Below are positions 1 through 9,238 of a stretch of 32,000 nt of DNA, piece after piece (position 1 is the first letter of the stretch; each line of letters opens with the position of its first letter). Origin of the DNA: Bifidobacterium longum subsp. longum JCM 1217 (GTDB taxonomy: Bacteria > Actinomycetota > Actinomycetes > Actinomycetales > Bifidobacteriaceae); NCBI RefSeq assembly GCF_000196555.1, contig NC_015067.1:1770001-1802000 (forward strand). The letters are read 5' to 3'. The notes under the pieces were generated by a model. The model did no database searches. It was not told where the DNA came from and was given only the letters and a program-made list of their open reading frames with translations. A program made the position numbers and the translations under genes.

Positions 1-2
1 AG

Positions 3-2075
3 CGCATCATCTTCCGCGGCGCCAACCGCCACGAGTTCGACGCGCGTTTGGGCCGTGCCATCACCGAGCAGGAGATGCTCACCGACATCATCACCTGCAA
101 GCGCAACAATATCAACGCTATTCGCACCTCCCACTACCCGAATCAGACGAGATTCTACGAACTGTGCGATGAATACGGCCTGTACCTGATCGACGAGACG
201 AACCTTGAGACCCACGGCAGCTGGACCATTCCCGGTGATGTGGAGACCCCTGAAACCGCCATTCCGGGCAGCAATCCCATCTGGGAAGGCCCTTGCGTGG
301 ACCGTATCGCCAGCATGATCGGGCGCGACCGCAATCATCCGAGCGTACTGATCTGGTCTCTGGGTAACGAATCGTACGCAGGCGAGGTGTTCCGCGCGAT
401 GTACCGCTTCGCTCACGCGGCCGACTCCACGCGACCCGTGCATTACGAAGGCGTGGTGCATGACCGCCCCTTTGACGACGTGACCGACATCGAGACCCGC
501 ATGTATGCCAAGCCCGCGGAAATCGAGGAATATCTGACCAATGATCCGAAGAAGCCCTATATCTCCTGCGAATATATGCACGCCATGGGCAATTCGGTCG
601 GCGGCATGCATCTGTACACCGAGCTGGAGCGTTATCCGCATTATCAGGGCGGCTTTATCTGGGACTTCATCGATCAGGCCCTGTGGCAGCAGCTGGACGA
701 CGGCACCGAACGCCTGACCTACGGTGGCGACTGGGACGATCGTCCCTGCGACTATGAGTTCGCCGGCGACGGCCTAGTCTTCGCCGACCACTCTCCCTCA
801 CCGAAGCTGCAAGAGGTCAAGCGTCTGTACGCTCCCGTGGTACTGACCGTAAGCGACCACGATGTGACCATCGAAAACCGCAATCTGTTCGTCTCCACCA
901 TTGATTTCGCGTTCACGGCGAAACTGCTGGCGGACGGCAATGCCATCTGGCAGGCCGACTACCGCTTTGATGTGCCCGCCGGCGAGACCCGCACCTTCCC
1001 GATTGACTTCCCGTCGGTGGACGCCGCTGGCGAAATCACCTATGAGGTCGATCAGTCGCTGGCAACGGCAACACCGTGGGCACCAGCCGGCTATGAACTG
1101 GCGTTCGGCCAACACACCGTTCAGTCAGTCGTGCCGGCTTCCGCCGGAACCGATTCGACCGCGTGCGGCGCGGTTCCCTCCACGGCTGATTCCGATACTT
1201 CCGATACCGGTACAGTAACGGTTGGCCGCTGGAACATCGGCGTGGTCAGCGGTGACGGACGTACCGAAGCGTTGCTTTCACGCACGCAGGGCGGCATGGT
1301 GTCATTCAAGCGTGACGGTCGCGAAATGGTGTTGCGCCGTCCGGCGATCACCTGCTTCCGCCCGCTGACCGACAATGATCGCGGCAATGGCAGCGGCTTC
1401 GACCGCGTGCGCTGGTTCGGTGCCGGCCGTTATGCACGTATAGCGAATCAGCAGTTCTCGCAAACCGAGACTGGTGTCATCGCCGAATACACATATACGT
1501 TGGCCGAGCCGGGCGAAACCCAAGTTGCCGTGCGCTATGAGGTGGATGCCGCCAGCGGACGTGTACATCTGGCCGCCCGATATGCCGGTGCCACCGATGC
1601 GCCGACGCTGCCGGCATTCGGATTGGAATGGACACTTCCCAAGCAGTACGAGAACCTGCGCTTCTACGGCCTTGGCCCCGAGGAGACCTATCGCGACCGT
1701 CTGCACGGTGGCAAGCTCGGCATTTTCGAGCGCACCGCGGCCGAAGACAATGCACCGTATCTGGTGCCGCAGGAGACCGGCAACCATGAAGACTTGCGTT
1801 GGGCCGAAGTGCTTGACGCCCAAGGACACGGCATGCGTATCAGCCAGGCCGGCAGCGAACATTTCGCGGCGAGCCTGTTGCCGTACAGCTCGCTCATGCT
1901 GGAAGAGGCGACCCACCAGAACGAGTTGCCGCCGGTCCGTCACACGTTCCTGCGCCTGTTGGCCGCGCAAATGGGCGTGGGCGGAGACGATTCATGGGGC
2001 GCGCCCGTCCATGAGCAGTACCAGCTGCCCGCCGATCGCGCCTACACGCTCGACGTGAATCTGGAACTGTTCTAA
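3..2075 (+). CDS. lacZ: beta-galactosidase, glycoside hydrolase family 2 (5' end outside window)
   Basis: Frame 3 is open from the first bases (RIIFRGANRHEFDARLGRAITEQEM...), so the gene starts upstream of the listed Met. GH2 hallmarks: NAIRTSHYPN, acid/base block WSLGNESYAG, nucleophile block YISCEYMHAMGNS, C-terminal small-chain domain. TAA at 2073-2075. Confidence 0.93.
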   Translation, partial: RIIFRGANRHEFDARLGRAITEQEMLTDIITCKRNNINAIRTSHYPNQTRFYELCDEYGLYLIDETNLETHGSWTIPGDVETPETAIPGSNPIWEGPCVDRIASMIGRDRNHPSVLIWSLGNESYAGEVFRAMYRFAHAADSTRPVHYEGVVHDRPFDDVTDIETRMYAKPAEIEEYLTNDPKKPYISCEYMHAMGNSVGGMHLYTELERYPHYQGGFIWDFIDQALWQQLDDGTERLTYGGDWDDRPCDYEFAGDGLVFADHSPSPKLQEVKRLYAPVVLTVSDHDVTIENRNLFVSTIDFAFTAKLLADGNAIWQADYRFDVPAGETRTFPIDFPSVDAAGEITYEVDQSLATATPWAPAGYELAFGQHTVQSVVPASAGTDSTACGAVPSTADSDTSDTGTVTVGRWNIGVVSGDGRTEALLSRTQGGMVSFKRDGREMVLRRPAITCFRPLTDNDRGNGSGFDRVRWFGAGRYARIANQQFSQTETGVIAEYTYTLAEPGETQVAVRYEVDAASGRVHLAARYAGATDAPTLPAFGLEWTLPKQYENLRFYGLGPEETYRDRLHGGKLGIFERTAAEDNAPYLVPQETGNHEDLRWAEVLDAQGHGMRISQAGSEHFAASLLPYSSLMLEEATHQNELPPVRHTFLRLLAAQMGVGGDDSWGAPVHEQYQLPADRAYTLDVNLELF

Positions 2076-2079
2076 CAGC

Positions 2080-3163
<1,084 letters not shown>

Positions 3164-3307
3164 TCAGTACGTAACAATACGCAGTATTTCAGTAAATAAC
3201 TTTACTACATAGTGTAACTCACGTCATGCGGGTATGACGCCGTATGGTTGCAGCATCGTCGATCCGCAGCGCTGATGAGAACGTGCATGTTTCAGGCCCT
3301 CCGATAA

Positions 3308-3667
3308 TTATCGGGCAGGCGGGAATCCCCAGACCGTGGAGTCAATGCGCTGGATTTTCCCGGACTTGTCAAAGACAACGGTGATGTCCGGCGCAGTAAA
3401 ACTGCCGGTCGAATCCCCGAATCGGTACGGATCACTCCAGTCGATAACGGCATGCATCGTCACGGTCCGAGTTTTCGCGTCATAGGACTCATTCGAGTAC
3501 TCGATACTGTTATGCGTGGCCGTAGTCCCGCCCAGACCGCCGCCATTGCCTTGATGCATTTGCTGACAATACTTCGTAAAATCCGCGCCGAGAACATTCG
3601 ACACTGCATAGCGCCTAAATGAACGTGTTAGGTCTGCATCCAATTCACGGCCTGCAAGACTCTGCAC
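3308..3667 (-). CDS. hypothetical protein (119 aa maximum, GTG start), last ORF of the nucleoside operon
   Basis: Open frame begins 8 nt after the ribokinase stop on the same strand. No recognisable motif, no signal peptide, start codon uncertain (GTG at 3667; first in-frame ATG is 36 codons in). Coding status not established. Confidence 0.35.
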   Translation of the reverse strand: MQSLAGRELDADLTRSFRRYAVSNVLGADFTKYCQQMHQGNGGGLGGTTATHNSIEYSNESYDAKTRTVTMHAVIDWSDPYRFGDSTGSFTAPDITVVFDKSGKIQRIDSTVWGFPPAR

Positions 3668-3674
3668 TCAGCAA

Positions 3675-4643
3675 TTACTTCGCACCAAACCGCTCACGAA
3701 TCTGAGCGGCAGTACCATAAGAGGCTTGCGCACCGACCCCAGTCGCGGCGTACGCGGAAACGTACGAGGCCAACTGCGCGCTGTCCGCCAACGCATGACC
3801 CGAGGCAAGTCCGGCCAGAACCGTGCCCATAAAGGCATCTCCGCACCCGGTAGTGTCGATGGCCGCAACCGCAACTGGCGCAATACGATAGATATCATCA
3901 CCATCGATGACCACCGACCCATCCCCGCCAAGCGTAATTACCGCCTGATTAAAGCCGAAGTCATGCATCTGCCGCGCCACATCAGACCAGTCCAGTCCAT
4001 CCCAATCGTCATCGTCAGGCTCGGCGATGTCCAGCAGCTGTGCCATTTCATGTTCATTGACCAGCAGAATGTCCGAAGCCTCGATAAGTTCAGCGGGTAG
4101 TTCAGCAACGAATGGCGAATCGTTGAGCAATACCTTGAGCCCGGCATCATGGCAGAGGCGAGCGCATGCCGTGACCGTTTCCATCGGACTCTCCAAACAC
4201 AGTCCCAGCACATCGGCGGCAACCAATGCGTCAGATGACTGGCGCACATAGTCGACAGACACCTCACCATTGGAACCAGCCGAATATACGATGGTGTTCT
4301 CACCATTCGCGTCCACGGTAATTACCGTAGTGCCACTGGGACCTGCAACGGCAGCGATATGCGAAGTATCCACACCAGCATCGCGCAAATGCTCCAGCAG
4401 AAAATCCGCATTGGCATCTTCCCCGACTGCACCAAACATCCGCACCTGCGCTCCAATTCGCGCAGCCGCCGACGCCTGATTCGCTGATTTGCCTCCCGGC
4501 AATAAGGTCAGCGGGCCACCGTTGACGGTCTCTCCCGGTTTCGGCAACCGCTCAGTAACGACCGTGTAATCAACATTCATTGATCCGACCACGGACACAC
4601 TGCCGTGCAGGTGGTCGAGCAAGTCAAGACATGATGCTGACAT
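3675..4643 (-). CDS. rbsK: ribokinase (PfkB family)
   Basis: GSMNVDY...LPKPGETV...GGKSANQASAAARIG N-terminal ribokinase block and C-terminal DTTGCGDAFMGTVLAGL PfkB signature. 322 aa. Confidence 0.9.
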   Translation of the reverse strand: MSASCLDLLDHLHGSVSVVGSMNVDYTVVTERLPKPGETVNGGPLTLLPGGKSANQASAAARIGAQVRMFGAVGEDANADFLLEHLRDAGVDTSHIAAVAGPSGTTVITVDANGENTIVYSAGSNGEVSVDYVRQSSDALVAADVLGLCLESPMETVTACARLCHDAGLKVLLNDSPFVAELPAELIEASDILLVNEHEMAQLLDIAEPDDDDWDGLDWSDVARQMHDFGFNQAVITLGGDGSVVIDGDDIYRIAPVAVAAIDTTGCGDAFMGTVLAGLASGHALADSAQLASYVSAYAATGVGAQASYGTAAQIRERFGAK

Positions 4644-4867
4644 GATGCATTTCCTTTCGGCCTTCTTGTTTGGCCTGTCTTCTATGTTCTGCGCTTGTTC
4701 TACGTTTCAGCAAAATCACGATGGAAACACAATCGTGCGGGTATGCAAATGCCCGGAGTCTGAAGTCAAATCCCGGGCATTGCACGTATTCGGGGCCAAA
4801 TCGTCTGCGCGATTGATATGTTCTGCTGACGACTGACGCCTAGCGGATTGTGATGGTTATATCAGCA

Positions 4868-6298
4868 TCACGCACCCATCGGCAGGAAGATTGCCATGGA
4901 CAGGATGAACATGACGATTACGCCAGCGATCATCGGCACACTGGTACGGCGCACAATGTCGATTGGGCTCTTCTTGATGGAGCCGGCGACGATCATCACC
5001 ACAGCGGAGACCGGCGAGACAGCGCGCAGCAGATTGCCAGCGAGACCCATCGGGATGGACACAGCGAGCACATTGATACCAGCAGCAGCGGCCAGCGGAA
5101 CCATGAGCGGAACCATCGCGAAGAACAGTGCGGTACCGGAACCGGAGAGTAGCACGATGAGCGCAGTGAGGCCGACAAGGATAAGCGGCAGCACGAAGCC
5201 CATACCAGAGCCGGACAGGCCGGTCATTGCGTTCTGCAGTTCGGTGATCAGACCAATGGACTTAAGACCAATGACGAACACAGAAGCAGCGACCAACAGT
5301 GCCACAATCGGCATTGCGCCACCCATGCCCTTGAAGAAGGACTCGGTGCCAGCGAGGGTTTCCTTGCCCTTGCGAGTGCGGATGAGCTCGCAGATAATGG
5401 CGATCACGAAGGAGAGAATGGAAGCGAGTTCAACACTCAGGTCGATCTTTGCGCCGGTGGTGGAAGTGATGGCGAACACGATGAGAAGCATGATGATCGG
5501 CAGCAGCGGCAAAATCGCATACACAGTGCGGTAGAGAGCGCTACCTTCGACAGCCTTAACCTCAGCCAGGTCAACATCACCGTCGGTCAAATCCGAGCCA
5601 GCGCGCTTGTCCATGAACTTCTGCCAGAAGTAGTGTGCCAGTGCCATGACGAGCAAGGTCGGGATGGAAACGAGCACGTGATAACGGAAGACGTAATCGC
5701 TGGCGGTCAGGCCGGAGAACATGTCGGTCTTAGCGAGTTCAGCGGCGATGGCAACATTGTCGGAGCCAAGCGGGGTCGGCATAATCGTTGCAGTAGTGGC
5801 AATGACTGCAGCTGCGCTCAGCAGGCTCATACCAGCTTGGCGAAGCACCGGGTACAGCGTTGCCATAAGGATGATAGCCAGGTTGGAAGCACTCGGAATG
5901 ACCAGAGACAACAGGTTGCCCAACAAGAAGGTAATCGGCACGAGTATATACGGGGACTTGATGTGCGCAATCGGCTTGGCGAGCACACTTACCGTGACTT
6001 CATTGGCTCCGATATGGGACATGTAGCCGGTGTAGCCACCAAGGATGAGGATGATGAAGCCAGCAGAAGTGAGCGTGCTCACGAACTGATCGCCTACAAC
6101 CTTGAACGGATCAAGCCAAGTGACACCACTGGAAACGAAGTCGGTGAATGAGATGTCCTTGCCCATCAGCAATGCGATGTACATCAGCACAATGCCGATG
6201 AGGAACAGGGAAATCTTGATGTCCATTTTCTTCACGAGCATAAAGCCCACAATGCCAACCGCGGCAATTGCCACGAGGTACATAATCACCAGTTCCAT
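4868..6298 (-). CDS. DcuC-family (C4-dicarboxylate anaerobic carrier family) membrane transporter
   Basis: 476 aa and polytopic. Aligns by eye with E. coli DcuC in several blocks: YMSHIGANEVTVSVLAKPIAHIKSPYIL, ILMATLYPVL, AHYFWQKFMDKR, IVRRTSVPMIAGVIVM. ATG at 6298 with GAAAGGA 8 nt upstream. Confidence 0.85.
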   Translation of the reverse strand: MELVIMYLVAIAAVGIVGFMLVKKMDIKISLFLIGIVLMYIALLMGKDISFTDFVSSGVTWLDPFKVVGDQFVSTLTSAGFIILILGGYTGYMSHIGANEVTVSVLAKPIAHIKSPYILVPITFLLGNLLSLVIPSASNLAIILMATLYPVLRQAGMSLLSAAAVIATTATIMPTPLGSDNVAIAAELAKTDMFSGLTASDYVFRYHVLVSIPTLLVMALAHYFWQKFMDKRAGSDLTDGDVDLAEVKAVEGSALYRTVYAILPLLPIIMLLIVFAITSTTGAKIDLSVELASILSFVIAIICELIRTRKGKETLAGTESFFKGMGGAMPIVALLVAASVFVIGLKSIGLITELQNAMTGLSGSGMGFVLPLILVGLTALIVLLSGSGTALFFAMVPLMVPLAAAAGINVLAVSIPMGLAGNLLRAVSPVSAVVMIVAGSIKKSPIDIVRRTSVPMIAGVIVMFILSMAIFLPMGA

Positions 6299-6399
6299 CG
6301 GTCTGGTCCTTTCTTTGTTCTCTTATTCTCTGTTGTTGAATTCACGAATACTGATGCGCTCAGGGGCGCCGGTGTTAGCGGCGTCGAAGAGACAAGGGA

Positions 6400-7320
6400 C
6401 TATGCACAATGGGCGATGCCGTCCATGAACCAGTCGCAGAATCGATCTGCGTGAACGCCGGTGGTGACGGTGGCATTCGGTTCGCGCTTAAGGTAGCCCT
6501 TAAGATCAACGACCGTACACCCTGCAGTGAGTTCGCCAGCGATTTCTACGTCCACAAATGCCTTAGTCATGTCGAATAGGTCAGGCTCCAGCAAGCATGC
6601 GACTGCGCAAGCGTCATACATTTTGAGACCGGTGCCGAAGCTGCGCTTGCGGTAGCGCTGGAACAGGTCATGAGCCATCAGACCGACCTTGCCCATATCC
6701 TTAAGCTGAGCGGTTTTCTCCGGCGGAATCACAGTTCCCAAGCCGGCGTCCAGTGTGGCCATAGTAATGTCAAGACCAGAAGTGAGCACAATCTTGGCGG
6801 CTTCAGGGTCAACGAAAATATTGAATTCGGCCATAACACCCTTGTTGCCGCGAGTGACCGAACCACCCATGAGCACAATGCGCTCAATACGCGACTTGAC
6901 TTCCGGAAAAGTTTTTAGCAACAGTGCGATGTTGGTCAGCGGACCGATTGGCATGACGGTGACGGGTTCAGCAGAAGCCATGATCTCGTCGCGCATTGCT
7001 TCGACAGCATGCTTATCCAGCAGAAGTTCAGTTTTGGGCTCAGGGAAATCGAATCCCTCCATACCGGTTTTACCGTGGATATCGCTTGCATCATCAAGCT
7101 GACGGATCAGCGGTTCAGCAGCGCCACGAGCGACCGGTACATCCTTACCGTAGTAGGCCATCAGCTTGAGCGCGTTCGTCGTTGTCGCTTCAATGCTGAC
7201 ATTGCCAGCAACCGTAGTAATCAGCCGCACGTCGAAGCGCGGGTTGAACACTGCCAGTGCGATGGCGACGGCGTCATCGATGCCGGGGTCAGTGTCGATA
7301 ATCAGAGGGATCTGCTTCAT
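6400..7320 (-). CDS. ribonucleoside hydrolase (inosine/uridine-preferring nucleoside hydrolase family)
   Basis: N-terminal MKQIPLIIDTDPGIDDAVAIALAV carries the DTDPGIDD fingerprint of IUNH/Rih enzymes. 306 aa, typical length. Confidence 0.92.
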   Translation of the reverse strand: MKQIPLIIDTDPGIDDAVAIALAVFNPRFDVRLITTVAGNVSIEATTTNALKLMAYYGKDVPVARGAAEPLIRQLDDASDIHGKTGMEGFDFPEPKTELLLDKHAVEAMRDEIMASAEPVTVMPIGPLTNIALLLKTFPEVKSRIERIVLMGGSVTRGNKGVMAEFNIFVDPEAAKIVLTSGLDITMATLDAGLGTVIPPEKTAQLKDMGKVGLMAHDLFQRYRKRSFGTGLKMYDACAVACLLEPDLFDMTKAFVDVEIAGELTAGCTVVDLKGYLKREPNATVTTGVHADRFCDWFMDGIAHCA

Positions 7321-7384
7321 TGCTTGTTCGGTTCCTTTCGTGGTGTGTTGATATACGTGTTATGCGTAGTGCTCGGCGAGCCGA

Positions 7385-7846
7385 TTACTTGATTCCGCTT
7401 GTGGCGGTGGATTCAGCTGCGCTGAGCGGAACGGGATCAACGAATTGGACTAATCCGCTGCCATAACCCGGTGCCGGCCGGCGCAGGAACCCATGCTCTT
7501 CGTAGAACGATTCCTTGCCAGGTGTTGCCATCAGGCCAATGTACGCATGGTTGCAGCAGTGTTCTCGAATGCGTGTGATAAGTGCGCGCAGCACCGCCGT
7601 ACCGACTCCACCCCCTTGGTATTGCGGTAATACCACGAGATCTTTGATGAAGAATGCGATACGTCCATCGCCGACCACACGACCAATTCCGGCCACCTGA
7701 CCATCAACGTAGGCAACCACGGAATACAGCCCACCATCCAGCGCCATACGCGCGTCTTCGCGGTCGTAATGGTAGAAACCCACAGCGTCGCGAACGCTGA
7801 CGTACAGTTCGGCTGTCAGCGCGTCTTGCTGAATCGATATGCACAT
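7385..7846 (-). CDS. GNAT-family N-acetyltransferase
   Basis: Acetyl-CoA motif A LVVLPQYQGGGVGTAVLRALI. The ATG at 7846 (MCISIQQD...) is preceded by GGAGGTGA. The ORF-track start at 7888 would add 14 residues and has no SD. Confidence 0.8.
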   Translation of the reverse strand: MCISIQQDALTAELYVSVRDAVGFYHYDREDARMALDGGLYSVVAYVDGQVAGIGRVVGDGRIAFFIKDLVVLPQYQGGGVGTAVLRALITRIREHCCNHAYIGLMATPGKESFYEEHGFLRRPAPGYGSGLVQFVDPVPLSAAESTATSGIK

Positions 7847-7903
7847 TGCCCGCTCACCTCCTCTGTGAGTTTCCTCCAAACCGATCATCGTTGATCATCG
7901 CCA

Positions 7904-7923
7904 TTGATAAAACGTTTAATCAA
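7904..7923. promoter_or_regulatory. 20-bp near-perfect palindrome, candidate LacI-family operator of the nucleoside operon
   Basis: TTGATAAAACGTTTAATCAA is symmetric around a central CG with one mismatched pair. It sits in the only AT-rich intergenic stretch (7889-8033), between the LacI gene and the GNAT/nucleoside hydrolase operon, about 60 nt upstream of the GNAT start. Confidence 0.55.
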
Positions 7924-8033
7924 CTAATGAAAATTATGATATAACCTTTTACCAATGCTGTCAACGATGTCGGCACGTCAGCACTGTTCAGCGCATAAAC
8001 CCAGCCTTCATGCACCTGATAAACGCTGCAATA

Positions 8034-9059
8034 TCAGGGCACACGCCACATAGGAGCCCCAACCGAATCACGCAGTACAAACGATGACGGGACATAGCGC
8101 GATTCACCACGACTGCAATCATTATTTATAATCATGTCGAGCAACATATCCACGCCCTGGCGACCCATATCCTCAGCTTGCTGCGAAATAATCGCGACTT
8201 GCGGAGTCAGCAGACGGAATACGGCAATGTCATCGAATGAAATCACTGACATTTCACTACCAATATCAATGCCGCGGTCATGCAGCAAACCAATCATCGT
8301 GATCATGTCAGGCGAGTAAGCGCAAATAATCGCCGTAACATCTGCTCTTACAAGTTCATTTAGTCCTGCTTCGCGCGAAACATATGTAGAATCACAGTCG
8401 ACAACCGCCGCAGTTCCCTCCCCCAACTGCGTCACCTGTGCCACAGCAGAACGGAATGCCGCTTCACGCTCATTTATATTGGACGAGCCCAGTGACGAGT
8501 GTGACACAAATCCAATGTGACGATGCCCTAAGCGCACAAGTTCGGCAACCGCCTCGCAAACACCTGGGTATGGGTCGGACACTACGAATGGCACCGAATT
8601 TACTCCCGATACCAAACGATCCACGAACACCAGTGGTAGCTCGCGCGCGATAAGCGACTGCATACCAGGCGAATTGACACCTTGCGGCACCACGATTGCC
8701 CCGTCAATACGTTGCCCAAGCAGATTGTCAATAAACGCATCCTGGCGTTCCACTGTTTCTGCTGAAGTACCAATCAGCGTGGAATAGCCCTGGGCATACA
8801 ACTCGTCTTCCATTGACGAGACTAAATCAGCGAAATACGGATTGCGCAAATCAGGAACCAGCAGGCCAACAGTCTTAGTATCCGACGAGCGCATGGAACG
8901 AGCACGTTGATCGGGCACATACCCCATTTCCTCAACAGTTTTCAGCACCAACTGTCGCGTATCACTAGAAAAGCGGCCTTTATTGTGAAGTATCTGGGAA
9001 ACAGTAGCAGCCGATACACCGGCACGTTGAGCAACATCCTTCAACGTCACGAACGCCAT
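8034..9059 (-). CDS. LacI-family transcriptional regulator
   Basis: MAFVTLKDVAQRAGVSAATVSQILHNKG HTH plus a sugar-binding core. ATG at 9059 with GGAGG 5 nt upstream. 341 aa. Confidence 0.9.
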   Translation of the reverse strand: MAFVTLKDVAQRAGVSAATVSQILHNKGRFSSDTRQLVLKTVEEMGYVPDQRARSMRSSDTKTVGLLVPDLRNPYFADLVSSMEDELYAQGYSTLIGTSAETVERQDAFIDNLLGQRIDGAIVVPQGVNSPGMQSLIARELPLVFVDRLVSGVNSVPFVVSDPYPGVCEAVAELVRLGHRHIGFVSHSSLGSSNINEREAAFRSAVAQVTQLGEGTAAVVDCDSTYVSREAGLNELVRADVTAIICAYSPDMITMIGLLHDRGIDIGSEMSVISFDDIAVFRLLTPQVAIISQQAEDMGRQGVDMLLDMIINNDCSRGESRYVPSSFVLRDSVGAPMWRVP

Positions 9060-9238
9060 AGTCCCCTCCTTGCGGCCGATACATCGTCAAAGCAACAATT
9101 CAAATGTACCCTTTTCACCGCCAATATTCGCAATCCTGCGCCAACACACGGCTCTCAACATAGAAAACCGCACCCCAACCACCGGATGAGAATTGCTTCA
9201 ACCCGATAATCGAGGTGCGGTTTTTGCAGGCGTACCGG

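Noticed and set aside
3191-3206. AGTAAA-TAAC-TTTACT dyad upstream of the first LacI gene, and the CCGATAATTATCGG palindrome at 3301-3314.
   Set aside because: The arms are short (6-7 bp) in an AT-richer stretch where such dyads occur by chance. The second overlaps the stop codon of the 119-codon ORF. No second copy or other supporting context was seen.
4748-4781. 9-bp hairpin AATGCCCGG...CCGGGCATT (16-nt loop) in the 224-nt gap between the DcuC-like gene and rbsK.
   Set aside because: There is no U-tract on the transcribed (minus) strand, so it could be an RNA-processing or stability element or nothing. Evidence is insufficient for a feature call.
7847-7888. Longer N-termini offered by the ORF track for GNAT (7888). 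Same issue for GH3 (20926), gshA (22732), hepT (17781), mntA (18052) and the LacI gene (3160).
   Set aside because: In each case an internal ATG with a recognisable SD gives the N-terminus typical of the family. The extensions are Arg/Pro/Ser-rich or overlap upstream genes or intergenic signals.
9164-9224. AAAACCGCACC ... GGTGCGGTTTT inverted repeat downstream of the ABC operon.
   Set aside because: The arms are good (11 bp, flanked by A/T runs), but the loop is ~39 nt, so I cannot call it a confident intrinsic terminator. It may still act as one if the loop folds internally.
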